A stretch of DNA of 61,757 bases, the filler included, from Choristocarpus tenellus KU-1152 (Eukaryota; Protista; Phaeophyceae): assembly GCA_964200185.2 (NCBI GenBank). It is 12 parts of 12 records of this genome, joined end to end, with 100 filler letters (N's around TTAATTAATTAA, not from the genome) between each part and the next. Parts side by side here need not be neighbours in the genome. Positions count along the whole stretch, not along the records: positions 36,310 to 41,691 come from CAXNAD020010972.1; positions 41,792 to 44,425 come from CAXNAD020026098.1; positions 44,526 to 51,443 come from CAXNAD020007065.1; 9 more parts are not named here. One strand, given 5' to 3'. The notes under the pieces are model-generated. The model made no database searches and was not told where the DNA came from. It worked only from the letters and a program-made list of their open reading frames with translations. Position numbers and translations under genes: made by a program. This document shows positions 36,409 to 49,000 of the stretch, piece after piece. Position 1 is the first letter of the stretch. Every line of letters begins with the position of its first letter.

Positions 36409-37203
36409 GATACTTTCACTCTTGATGGATACATGAAAACAGTAGAAATCTTGGTCAATGACACTACCAACATTCAGACCTTCTGCGGACATGGAAAGTC
36501 GTGCCTTGCTGATGGTGCACTTACCGTTCGCCTAAATGGCATTGAGGTGACAGCTCCCGCCCACTACTTTGTAGGCAATGGTATGGAGGTTAGTACTGCA
36601 AACCTTCCTGGTGAGTGCAGACCTTTTGGATTTGAGAAATACTGGCAAAGGAAGGTTCATGAAGCTGAACTCGCCACTCAAAGTGAGCAGTCCAGTCGAG
36701 CACTGAGGGATGTGAAGGACATGGATGAGTGGATCCTTAGCGACCTTGCCAAAACCAATCCTGACGAATGTGAATCAAATGTTCGGAACGTTGCGGAAGA
36801 AGGCAACCTCTTTAACCTCCAATCTGAGCACATATCATTCCAAATTGTTACCCCTACAATGACACTTCGCTTAAATCACGGCAAGCTGCATCAGCTAGCA
36901 ATGCCAGATCCGTCTGGACTCTTTGACCTTCCAGATCATCTCACATACCAAATAAATGTCGGATTTGTGGAAGTGGGCCTTGGGTCCATGCCTCAGGGTA
37001 TTTTGGGTGAGACTGCCGTTCCCAACACGGACAAGGATGGAAGTCCTATCCGAGAAGAGATGGGATCAATCCGTGGGGGGGAGGAAGACTACAGGGTCAA
37101 TGATATTCTTGGCACAGACTTTAAGCAGCTTCATGCCTTCCGTTCGCAAGGATCAAAGCAGGAATTGATTCACTGCACAATGAGTGACACAATGTACAAA
37201 TAG
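36409..37203 (+). CDS. C-terminal exon of an extracellular-type protein with a root-cap/VWD-like domain
   Basis: 256+ codon ORF with CLADGALTV.LNG, NLPGECRPFGFEKYW, HLTYQINVGF and PQGILGET...D.DG.PI...SIRGGEEDYRV. The GILGET...GG..DY end resembles plant Root_cap (PF06830) GVLGQTY...GG...Y, and I recall similar brown-algal proteins (unverified). Confidence 0.75.
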   Translation, partial: DTFTLDGYMKTVEILVNDTTNIQTFCGHGKSCLADGALTVRLNGIEVTAPAHYFVGNGMEVSTANLPGECRPFGFEKYWQRKVHEAELATQSEQSSRALRDVKDMDEWILSDLAKTNPDECESNVRNVAEEGNLFNLQSEHISFQIVTPTMTLRLNHGKLHQLAMPDPSGLFDLPDHLTYQINVGFVEVGLGSMPQGILGETAVPNTDKDGSPIREEMGSIRGGEEDYRVNDILGTDFKQLHAFRSQGSKQELIHCTMSDTMYK

Positions 37204-38779
37204 CTGAAGCATCTTAACACAATGCTTTATAAAGGCTTGCACTTGGCTAAAAAAATAAACCAATGGCCAATGATGTACAGACAATCAACATATTTTTTTT
37301 TATTCTGCATCCTCTCCAGTGTTAATCAAATAACATGCTAGCTTGCAACTTTATTTGTAATTCTCAATAAAAAAAGCGTTTAAGAAGTCGAGGTAGGCTG
37401 CTATATGCCTGTCATAGAAAGGTCCTTTTTGTCATGGTGTTGTGCTTGTGTTCATCTATCGTGAGGTCATTTCGGCGTTGAACAGATGAAGAATGGTGAT
37501 GTCTACCAGATAAATGTTTTGACTTCATCGTAATATAATGATACAGATCCACCGTGAAAATTTCTAACTATTCATCACAGCATGCTGCAATTTCGACAAA
37601 TATCGACTTTACTTCTCCGTAATGTATGTCCTCCACAAAATCTCTTGATTGAACCTACCCTCCTTCTGTCATACGTTGGCCATAAGGAAGAAAAAGGTTC
37701 ACGAATTCCAGCAATGCAATAACAAAATTCCTACATTGACCTAGTGACTCAAGTGGAGATGCATCCATCTTTGACATCTAGCTCACTCTATTAGATCATG
37801 TCTGTTCAAGTAAGTTGTGACTCCATTGATGTTGTATCTTTCATGCCTTATTACGCACCTTAAAAGGTTGTATATCAGATCAACATGGAAAGAGCCTGCA
37901 AGCGAAGACATTTTACAACCTGTACTTTCGAGAATGAAATTAATCATGACAGAAAGTGATATTGTTCCTCAGCTCTGAAGTGGTCTTAAACGAACTTGCA
38001 TAGTAGCTACGTTGATTTGAACGAATTGATGGAGAAGTGGGTAGGTGAGTGAAGGTACACACATATAATTCTCACTTCCCACATGTATATATGTAGTGCA
38101 ATTTGGGTCATGGTTTGACCAGGCTGGTCCAGGACTGACGAGAATCCCTGCGGAACACCACGTTGCAAAAAGGAAGGTACCAAAAATCAAAATCTTATTC
38201 AAGCAGAATATTCCCGTGGCCTTGTCACCCTAAGTGCCACTGTCACCTACTGCAGGGGATTGAGAACCCCAAATTTCATGCGCTCCAAGTAATGGCCTTG
38301 TGCAGCACTTGTTTCAGTCCGACTACAACCTCACCAAGCAAGCTTTCTCAGAATCTGAACTGCTTACTCGCTGATGAGCTACGGCCTCAGTGTAGGTCTT
38401 GGAGGTGGTGTCCCCTTGTTCAGTAGCACATGTACATGGGGACGAGATAGAAGGAGCAACAGAGTAGATACATCTGTTAACAATATAATACTATGATAGA
38501 AGGGATGAGCGAGTCCCTACTCCTTACGTATGCTCAAGAATCAGGTGTTGGAAGAGAGTCCACATTAATTTGGGGATCTATTCAGTGAGCTTGCATATGA
38601 AAAGTGGAGGCAAGATGAAAAAGATAACTCCTGGTAGATTAGAGTGGAAACAGTTATCTACAAACAACATGGCAAAACAAGGTTGCAGGGGCCAGTCAGA
38701 TCTAGGTGCTGGAAGATACCCCACACCCCTTGGTCAACCAATGCACAGGAACTGTTCCGAAAACTAATCTTTCACCTTC

Positions 38780-40070
38780 TGAATCACCTCGATCATGTCT
38801 GTCACAGGAAATGGATCGTAGTTGTGGTTTCATAAACACCACTATCAGCTTGATTTCCTACATTAAGTATGCTGTCCTTCACCGTTTTTTTTGCATTGTG
38901 AGACTATTCTTTGTGCATGTCAAACCATTGTATGAATAATCAAAGTCAGAGATCCAACATATTTTTATCATATTTTTCACTATGGTACAATTTCAAGCCT
39001 CATCATCAGCCCAGAGGCTTGTGGATTGGAGCTGCATATCCTATCAAGGAAAGCTGCTGGTAGCGTTTTGTAACATCGAGGTCCTACATTGTCCCTTAAC
39101 ACTGGAAAGAACACACGGACGACCATATGGGACTATTGTTGACTCCTTGGGATATCCTGGACTCATCTCATCCTCTACTTCTCTCAAATTTGATGGAAAG
39201 GGCCTGCATCTGTTGCTCAGATTTTACATCTCAGCAAGGAACAGACTTTGCCCCCATACCTGAGGGAATTCGCACATGATCACATAGTGGCTTGCACTCG
39301 AGATAACGGCTTCAGGGTCTCTCTCTACGACCTCGATGCTATGCAAGAGGGTGGAGGCCGCCTTACTGTGTGCACCACGTCGCGTCAATGGTCTCCACTC
39401 GAGATCTTGACTTCAGGGCTCTCTCTACGACCGTGAGGTTACGCAAAAGAGTGCTGGCATCGTTACTATTTGTACCAGGTCACATAGATTGCCTGTCCTC
39501 CAGACAATTACCTTAGGGTCTCCCTTGAATAAGGGGAAGACCTCAAGATTACGCATGGGGGCACTCGCAGCGTTACTATTTTGTGTTGCGTGTGTCACAA
39601 GCTTCTGTGGAGTAGATTTCGCTTTATTTTTGTCTTCACACTTGTCCTTTGATGGTGTTTTTTGCCTATTATTCGCATTCTCTTGCATTGCAATCACCGC
39701 TTTCGGGTACCGAAGTAACAAGCAGTTCTGTCAGTCATAAATCAGGCGCGGGCTTGAACCGTGAGCACACTGGCGGTGGCAAAGGGGGGTTGGAGATTGT
39801 TGCATAAGGATGAGTGAACCATGGCACCCTACTATATTTCGTCACAAGGAGGGGAGAGTCCTTCTATAACAATATCCTACTTCGATAAAATTTTGAAACA
39901 CAATCCTTCTGTCTGTATTTGTTTCTATTCATAGTTCCGAAAGGGGGAGTCTACCTATTGCAGTACCCTATTTCTATGTTACTGTGATCCTGTGTATATA
40001 TTTTCCATCATTTCTTATAGGGAAAGTCATGAATATACTCTATTTCTATGTGATGTGATTGTGAGAGATA
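38780..40070 (+). mobile_element. Copy 1 of a dispersed repeat, probably the 3' region, PPT and LTR of a degenerate LTR retrotransposon
   Basis: Collinear homology to 51880-53390 and partly to 54828-55325. Contains a 101-bp tandem array, then the purine tract aaaggggggttggaga followed by TGTTGCA, then ~95-bp subrepeats. Confidence 0.65.
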
Positions 40071-40073
40071 CTG

Positions 40074-41000
40074 ATGCTAGCTCTCTTTGATTTCTGTCAA
40101 GTAAAATATCACAACTTTCATAGTAATCAAGATCACCAAAATTCTCTACAGACCATCGCCTGTGTCAATATGAATAGTTTCGGCACTAGGACAAGTAAGG
40201 ATTGGGAATTGATGTGTTGGAATGTGAAGCAGTGTTTTGTATACACAGAAAGTGACGAGGTGTTATTTGTTCATTTATTTGATGGATGTGTGTTTATTCA
40301 AAGCACTGTATTGAACCGACCAGGCCCGAAGGGATTTTAGTAATTTGTTGGAGCATGTTTTGGAGCAGTGTGGTTTTGAGCAGTGCAGATCAGATCCCTC
40401 AGTGTTAAGCTGTGTATAAATTGGCGACATTTGTGCAGTATTAGTCCCATGCTGATGAATTTCTTCGCTGCAGAAGGACATGGTGTTTTGATTATGATTT
40501 GCTGCAGGATTGAGGGGGCTGTTTTCTCAGATCAAAGTCATATAGGCAATCTATACCCTCAATCAGACCAAAACACTTTACCGCTAGATATGTCATGTAT
40601 TTCACTACCTCGCCAAATTTATTGGACTTACGCTTGTGAATCCATTTGGTGTCCATTGCCCTGTATCAAGGGGGTAAGACGCCCGTCACTCATCTTTCAC
40701 AAACAAACAAGACAGCTCTTCTGCTCTAGCTCCATCCCACCAATCACATTGGGGAGAACCACATGCTGCTCTTATAGCCCTGGGTTTTGAAGGGAGTTCA
40801 TTTGCTGACAGTCTAATTGACTCATCACTCATATACATCAAAAGGGAAGTGTAAACGGAAACGAACACATCAAACAAATGCCAAACTCTTGTAGGATCAA
40901 ATAGGAGACAAATCAAAGGAGTTTGCACAGACACCAGGCCTGGTGCAATGCTGCAGAATGTTGACCTCCATTGTCCAGTCGCCAGAGTTCCCTTCTGCTT
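40074..41000 (+). mobile_element. Ty1/copia reverse-transcriptase relic
   Basis: WELMCWNVKQCFVYTESDEVLFV (~DVKQAFL...L.EE.Y), KALY*TDQARRDF (~KALYGLKQA.R.W), LEQCGFEQCRSDPSV (~GF.QS..DPC) and SHADEFL (~YVDDL) occur in copia order. Confidence 0.75.
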
Positions 41001-41658
41001 CTGCCATTGGCATATTTTTTGCTGTCGCCCTCTCCACGTTCCTACCTCTCGCCAATCCAAGAAAAATCTTTCTCATCACCACCTAGACACCTTCATGCAA
41101 ACAAAAGAAATAAACCTCATGTTCCCCTCATCCCCCCTATTAAACCAGGAGTTACCATCCCCAACTCCCCCTAGCTCCTGGAGCGAGAGAGATATTGAAT
41201 GTGAGGGGAATGAATGCTCGTTGCATTTGCCCCCTCTTCAACAAGGAGTAAATGTTTAGTGGGGTTTCAAGCACACAAAATTTGCCGAGTACATTGCACC
41301 ACCCCTACAGTTGATCAACTGCGTAAGATCATGGTAAGTATCGTGATTAGCTTTGAGTGTATCCCACTGAACACACAAGTGAAGTGGGAGGAAAGGAGAT
41401 TGAATGCACTAGTAGAGACAAGAGCCGAGTTCACACTCTTTATAGTCCCTGGTTCATCTCTTCACTCCTAAAACTCCTGCCTATATATTATCGAACATTT
41501 CACCCAGAAAGGCTTATGCTCCTCTGCTCCTCTTGCTGGGTTGCTTCACTGCCCTAGTCAAGGCTTTCGTCTTGGTAGATGGCTTCACCCTCTCCTGACG
41601 ACATACAAAAAAAAAGGTGTCCTCTCTCCCAACAAATTTGGCACCTTCCATCCGAAGT

Positions 41659-41691
41659 GGGTCAAGGTATCTGGGGGGGGGGGGGGGGGGC
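41659..41691 (+). mobile_element. MITE type A-related left terminus
   Basis: GGGTCAAGGTATCT followed by G18. Confidence 0.7.
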
Positions 41692-41791
41692 NNNNNNNNN
41701 NNNNNNNNNNNNNNNNNNNNNNNNNNNNNNNNNNNTTAATTAATTAANNNNNNNNNNNNNNNNNNNNNNNNNNNNNNNNNNNNNNNNNNNN

Positions 41792-41818
41792 ATCCTCAAT
41801 TTTGAAAATCCACTGTTA
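41792..41818 (+). mobile_element. Right terminus of the ACAGT-TIR family
   Basis: Near-exact reverse complement of 23759-23787. Confidence 0.55.
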
Positions 41819-41961
41819 TATGTTGTGTTCGGTTACATACCACAAAATGAAACCCCTGAGCATAGGACAAGGCAGAATTGGGTGACTTCCTAGGAAAAAT
41901 ATTAATCAGCAAAACTACCCAGTGCAAAAAAATGCAATACTTTAAATTTGAAGGATAAGTT

Positions 41962-42066
41962 TCTCCTCACTATCCATGTTTGGATTTTAATTTTAGAGTG
42001 CTTTCAAAAAAAAGAAGAGATGTATCTCTCCTCACTATCCATGTTTGGATTTTAATAGTGCTTTCT
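41962..42066. repeat. Local direct duplication (~35-40 bp)
   Basis: tctcctcactatccatgtttggattttaa occurs twice, ~65 bp apart. Confidence 0.85.
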
Positions 42067-44406
42067 GTAAAAAGAAAGGTAGATACACCTGACCTGCCCG
42101 TGACTACCCTTCCTTGGGCGAATTGATGTGTCTGTGTTGCTTGCACGTTGTGTGGATATCTAGACGGATCCCGCCCAGTCCAACACGAGGAGGTCTTGGC
42201 CGTCTAAGTTTCACCTCGAACCTGCATTATTTGCATCCCTCTATCAATAAATTGGCCAGAAAAACTTTGCATCCCTTGTATTGTGTGTTTCGAACTACTC
42301 TGTTTATTCTGTCTCTCTCTATATATACTTCCGACGTATTGCAGGTAACGTTTCTCCAAGCTTTCTATATGTCTTCAGTTGTGATGAGGCCTACATAGTC
42401 GGAGTACAATCTATCGCCAACAGCATCACTCATCGCAGCATGGAAATGGATAGCACTTTTCCTCCATTAGGTCTTCTTCTGATGATACTTCGACGTATGA
42501 AACAGCAGTGAACATTGTGTGTGCTTGTTGGGGGGTGTTTCATTACACACACGTTGCTGGTAGTACTTGTTCCGCTCTATGTTTGAAATGTTGACCCTCT
42601 CCCTCCACCAAGTATTCAATTAAATTGTCGGCCTGTCCTTCGTTTTATATGCAGTTCATCTCGGGGCAAATCTCCTATATGTTGCCCTCAATAGAACCAA
42701 TCTCGCTCATCCTCTCTGCTATTATGCCATATATGCCTTCACAAGCGACAGAACCCATCGTTTCTGCATCGATATTTCGGCTACCTCTCATAGGTTAGTG
42801 AAACGAAGGGTACAATATCAGGGATCCATATCGTTGTGGATGTAGTGCTTGCCCAAGCTCAAACATATCCGAAGAAGGACTCTGTCAACTTTTTCACTAC
42901 ACTGACTGGACTTTTAGAGAGAGGCTCGAATATAAACACAAATTATTGTTCTTTGTGGGAAATATCAGTAGGAAAAATATTGTTGTCTGTGTGTACGGAA
43001 TGTTGTTGTCAAACGAAGCACCCAGTAGGGCACCTTGACCAAAGTAGCCATAAAATATATGCATCACACCAGCACGTTGACTGGGTCGTGCAAGAAGCAA
43101 CTATATGCAGAAAATAGATGCAGTTGCACGACAAATTGGTGGAGGGGCCCTTGCTTTGCAAGATGGGAGAATGAATGACTGCTTTCTTTTTTTTCCAAAG
43201 GCCACCATCATAAGAATGGCTAACATGCCAAGATCGAGAGGGTGTGGAATGTTGCAGCACGAATGCATCATTATCTACTACAGCGGGATATTGTGATCTC
43301 TCTTTGTAACTCAGTCTTAGTCTGCCATCTTCTGTATTCAGAACATGCGGGTTCAAACCCGGTCAAGTCGGCTCTTCTACCAAAGAAGACTTGTTTCGGT
43401 GGATCACGCGTCAAGCATAACGTCAAGGGACTTCTATCTCTTCTGATCTGTTGCTACACCAGAAATAAAGACTTGGGAAACCTGCAAGTACTACGCAAGA
43501 TTCAAATGAGGAGGTTGACCGATGAGCTGTTGGATGGATGAACTCAATACTGGAAAAAAAATCCAAGCATGCACGAGGCAGTGCAATTTGGTGTAGTCCA
43601 ACATTAGCTTGTAATTGATGAGAGGTAGTGCAATGTGTATAGCCTCTGACCATGGGTCAGGACCTAGGTAGGGCGTAGGTAGTGACTCCTGGTTCCAGGG
43701 AAAAGCGCAACAAGAATGAAAATAAGAATTATTAATAATTAATATAAGAACGATAATTATGTTCTATTTGAAGGCCTGTACTGCAAGCAATGCAGACTTG
43801 GTTGCTACTGTGTTGTATTCTCTGTCTTGCATGTTGATTTTTTCCCTCAGTGACACCATCTAACATTTAAATGCAAAATATCAGCGGGCATAATAATATT
43901 AATTAATTTACGGTTCACAGCAATACTCAGTACTGTTAGTACATTAAGAAGTTGATATACCTATTGCTACTACGGATATATGGATACTACATCGTGGAAC
44001 AATAGTATTGGTATTATAGTTTAGTATCAAGTACATCTTAGTTCTCATAACATTAGCATGTATTGCTAGTTTATGCTGTGTACTCTTCTTCTCTGACTGG
44101 TTCTATCTTCACAGATTTTCGTGGATCAACTTCTAGCATACACAACGGGCCCTACTCAACTATACATTTTGGTGCTCTTCTCTTACACTACTACGCGCCC
44201 AACTTCACGTCATCCCTACCAGGCCTTCCCGGCCATTCTCACACTCCCACCAGTGATACATTCAGAGCAAAGTGATCTGTGTTGAGTTCCCTCACCTCAT
44301 GTATGTAGTGCTTGACTCATTGGAAGGGGAAAACGATGCACAGCATGACTCAATACAGGCACTATGTCAAAAACTTGAACCTTATTCGAATTGAAGCACT
44401 CTTTAG

Positions 44407-44425
44407 GACCCAGAGTATCAGGGGG
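44407..44425 (+). mobile_element. MITE type A left terminus
   Basis: GACCCAGAGTATCAGGGGG at the contig end. Confidence 0.65.
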
Positions 44426-46081
44426 NNNNNNNNNNNNNNNNNNNNNNNNNNNNNNNNNNNNNNNNNNNNTTAATTAATTAANNNNNNNNNNNNNNNNNNN
44501 NNNNNNNNNNNNNNNNNNNNNNNNNGTAATGCAGCAAATTCAAGTTGTTTCATGATTGCAGTTGGGTCTTTTTAATCATCATGAAATGTCTCGATGTCTT
44601 GGTCTTGTGGACCCCACAACTACAGTAGATACATTTGTGGGCAATGCTGACATGATATAGGGTTGGTGAGTTGAAGTTGGAAATCTTGTAGGGAGGAATG
44701 ATCTGCAGGTATTTTGTGTGTCTGTGAATAAAGTCCAGGTTAGTTTCCAATTTCTAATGGGGTGATCGACTATTCAAACATTGTTGTTAGAAGAGGTGGT
44801 GCTTTCAGGATAAGATTATTGTAGATAGCTTAAATACAGTTTTGCTTTTACTCTTCCTGTTGAAAGATTTGATCAAATGACTTACTATATTGTTTTTGGC
44901 GCCAACACAATGACCAATAAAACCTGGGAGGCCATCCAATCCAAAAGACAGATCATGTGCTTGATTTATGTTGAATGCAAGCGGGAGATAAAACGTAGAA
45001 AAATACATATTTGCATTGTTTCATTTCCCTAGTGATGGCTCTAATAATTGAATACGAGGAAAACCTCTTTGTGTTGCATGAATTATTGATCAAATCCAGG
45101 AGGGGACTGAGTTGTGTCTATTTGCTCCCAAGTCAAAATACATTTTTTGGAGGGGGAGAGGGGAGGGGTGGTCATGTTAGCATGTCCTGCTCTCTGTTCA
45201 TGGAATAGTGCATGTTCAATAGTAGCAAGTGTTAGTGTACCACAAAGAATGCTGGTGGCAATCATTCTTTGAGCAAGGTAGCTAATTGTATTAATATTTC
45301 TCAAGCACGGTGTATTGCTTTGCTCTGATTAATTTTTTGCCATGGGTCTGTGACCCCTGAGACTGATGCGAATAATAGTGACAACAATAATATTATAATA
45401 AAGTATTAATAGTTATCCCTCCCTTCACCTTCCCCCCCCCCACTCCACCCCCACCCCTGTCCTATGCTGTTCTGTACTGCCCTGCCTTGTATCAATATGA
45501 TGATTTATTGGGCATTTGTGGTTTTGCTTTGCTGCAGCGTACTGCTAATTTTGTCCTCGCTGCTAAAGGAAACATATTCAAAAGTGCCAGGTGATCTATT
45601 TGACATGCATGGGTATCGATGATTTGTGTGGGAGGAGTGGGGGTTGGGGGTTTTTCTGTGGCTCTAGACTGTGGCGATGATTGGAAGATACAGGGGTGGG
45701 GTTGGAGGTGGTTGCTTGATAAGTGCATATTATTGGCTGAATGTGGCTATGTACAGGCTAATTCTGAGGGTTAAAGCAAGAAATTTTCTGTCGTCTACGC
45801 TAGTCCTCTCAAGGTCTGGTTCTTGTGTAAGATGTAAAGAGTGTTTTTTATATATCCTGGTAATTTTGTTTACTTTTCATGTGGAAAATTCTCTTAATCT
45901 ATTATGATTGAAGGTACAGGTTAGGTTATACAGCAAATGGTGTATGGATATAATTAGATTGCGTTTTTCTTAGCACATGGGACTAATTTGTTGTGCTCTC
46001 TACATTTCAGTTACCTTTTTTTATTTTAAGATGATTTTTCTTACCACTTTTACTTACCCCCCTCCACCTCTGCCCTTCCAG

Positions 46082-49000
46082 GATCTTTGTGGAGAGTGTG
46101 CTAGCCAATATTGACAGGCAGGAACGCCTTGCCAAAGAGAGCCTTAAAAGAGGGTACGTGATTCCATATCACTCTATTTTCTGTGCTGTTCCCTCTTCCC
46201 CCCTACCCCCCCCTAGTGCTTTTGCTGTGGAGAGTGTAGTGTGCTTGTTATCAGAGAGTTTGCGCAACCTACTGTATGACTTACTGTTTGACATGCCTGG
46301 GGAAGTCAGCACAAGACATGTATGTTTGAGTTTCAAATAATCTCAAGTTTGTCTTGTACATTTTTTTTCAAATCGTGAGTACTCTGTGATCAATAGTTTG
46401 GGTGGTAACAATTTTGAATGAACAAAAATTCAAATATCAGGATATTTGGAGTGATTGATGGTTGTGATTGGACAGCGAGAGTATTGTTTAATTGCCAACA
46501 GACATTTTATGAATACCTTGGAATATTATGATGTGGAAGTCGGTACAAGGTCGTTTTGAGAACAATAGGTGTATGATCCTGCTGTGTTGATTTGTCAAAA
46601 ACCAAGAACTAAGTGATAAATTTCAGTGTAGTGCACAAATACTGTTATTACTGCTGTGGTGTGGTCCTTTGCCTTGTGACATAACTGATGATTGATTTTT
46701 GTGTTGTACCCCATCCCATCCAATTTTGGCTCTTTGAGTTGTTATGGGAGGAACAAAATGGTGTCTGTAGTTCTTGCTGTACACAAACAGTTCATGTAGA
46801 TGTATGCTAGTGTGTATAGGTTGGTTCATAATATGTATGTATGGACTGGCCCCACTGAAATTATGCCCTTGGGAACATTGACTCTGCCACACAATCTTGC
46901 TGTACACAAACAGTTCATGTAGATGTATGCTAGTGTGTATAGGTTGGTTCATAATATGTATGTATGGACTGGCCCCACTGAAATTATGCCCTTGGGAACA
47001 TTGACTCTGCCACACAATGGGGCCAACAAAGCTTCAGAAATTTCAGAATTTGAAGTCATCCTTTTCAAAGCTTGTGGGAAAAAAAGACATTGAGATTGAG
47101 ACCTTTTCTTGTTTTTGATGGTTGTGTTGGTACGTCACATTCAATTGTAATACTAGTAGTGATTGTCATTGTTGTAATGCCTCTTATGTAAGTAGATTAT
47201 AAAATCGCATTTGATTTTATGTATTAGTAATGTTGGGGAATAGATGTTGGACCTTTTCAGGCCATTGCTGAACATGAGACTGCAGAGCGGGTTGCTTTTT
47301 TTGCACTAGTGTGTTTGTGGCTGCAGTGCCAATCTGTGCAACATTTTCTTTTGTTGACCACTTTACTGTATTTGTTTGAGATGTTTATTTTCTATGCTCG
47401 TAAGGCTATCGTGTATTCTTACTGTGTTTTAGGTGTCCCTAGCAAGTTATTTGTGATATGCAAAACATTCTGTAGAGACTTACAAAAGAATATATCTCTC
47501 ATATTGTTAAGATCAATCCTCACATAGTTGTTAAGAACATTCCTCAAGTACCTTTTCCAGTTTGTATTTGTGAAGATTTGTTTCCTCAATGCTATTTTGA
47601 GTTCCTATAGTACTAGCAATGTCCCAGTCTATTCCCTCTTATCGACTTTTTCATTTCACAAAACCTAATACCCTTAATCTTATTTGTGATCTCAACCGTT
47701 TCAGTGGTAGCCCTGGTGCTGTGGGTCACTCTGATGGCAAGCGGATGCGAACTTCAATAGACCCTTCTCACAACCAGGAAGGCGGTGGGGGTAGGAGAGG
47801 CCGCCGGGGGGGTGATGATCGGGGCCGAGGGGGTGCTTGGGACAGAGATGCTGAAAAGGATCGGGGCAAGGGAAGTGACAGCCGTGACCGCTCCTTTGAT
47901 TGGGGGGGAGGAGGTCGTGGTGGTTCTGGAAGGGACAAGGGTGAGAGGGATTCTGAGAGGGACCGTGATCGTGATACTCGGGATAGCAGGGACCGTGGGG
48001 GTAGGGGTGGAGGAAAAGAGGACAGGAGGAGCTCAGGGGGGCGGGGGAATAGTGGTGGTCGAGGTGGGGGCAGTGGTGGTCCTTTCCGTGACCTGGAGAA
48101 CTGGGAGCCTGAGTCGGTAAGTGAGGGAGATGGTGAGACAATGACATTTTTTCCTGCGAGGTCCGGGTATGTTGATTTTAGTCTTTGACTGTGAAAGATG
48201 TAGAGGGGGGGGGGGATGGGGAAGTTAATTCTTTTTTACATGTGGTGTGCAGATGGTTTTTTCTTGGTGTTGATGTAATGTGTGAATAAAAGTTGTTTCA
48301 TGTGTATTGGACTGTTGTTCTGCTGATGTATCTTTTTGTGAAATGTGTTAGAGCAGAGATTATGATGCAGGTGGTTATTTGTACCTGTTGCAACTTGTAC
48401 GATGACATTCTAGATTTTTTTTCAATCTGCTGTGGTCATTTGTACCCAATAGTTTTTGATGTAGACAATTACATCACACCTTCCAAGTGTGTGCATGGAA
48501 TCACTACCACCTCAGTGTCCCGCCTCTCCAATAATCTTCAACTCCTTTTTTCCCTCTTTCTCCCCCCTCCCTCTTCTTTGCTTTGTTTGCTTGCTTTTTA
48601 TACTTGCTTGATATTTTGCTAATGGATTTACTTTATGTATCTGTGATGTGATGTGGTGTGGCCTGATGTGATGGATCTCAGGCGTTGGTGAGAAACATCT
48701 TTATGAATGATGGAGTGGATGAGGTGAGGATATGGATGAAGGGGGGGTAGAAAGGGGGTATTTTGGCTTGTAGTCCAGTACAAGTAGTATCTATAGGAAA
48801 ACCTACCGCAGTTGTATACCTGATCTACATGGTATACGCTATTTTGGCTTTACATAAGTTATAAAGAGACTTGAACTTGTTAACATGTCTTAACATTGAC
48901 CTTGTGGATAATGTTATTTTTCTTTTGCATGAAGCAGTAAATGTGATCTAAATTGGCTAAGGGTTGCTGATAGATGTCTGGGCCCACTTGTTCCCTTCTT

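Noticed and set aside
37400-38200. Possible copia RNase H or viral relic on the minus strand
   Set aside because: Only vague similarity in stop-ridden frames; not supportable without a profile search.
39248-39560. Tandem units read as an LRR-like protein repeat or a CRISPR-like array
   Set aside because: The 101-bp period shifts frame at each unit, and the units are diverged throughout with no constant-repeat/unique-spacer structure and no cas genes.
42200-43250. Possible endogenous phaeovirus/NCLDV fragment
   Set aside because: Looks like decayed coding sequence, but no viral hallmark motif could be identified.
43300-43375. tRNA gene (GGTTCAAACCC B-box; similar at ~13141)
   Set aside because: No cloverleaf or acceptor stem can be formed; at most a decayed SINE head.
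47701-48147. His/Pro-rich minus-strand ORF
   Set aside because: Reverse complement of the RG-rich exon of the KH gene.
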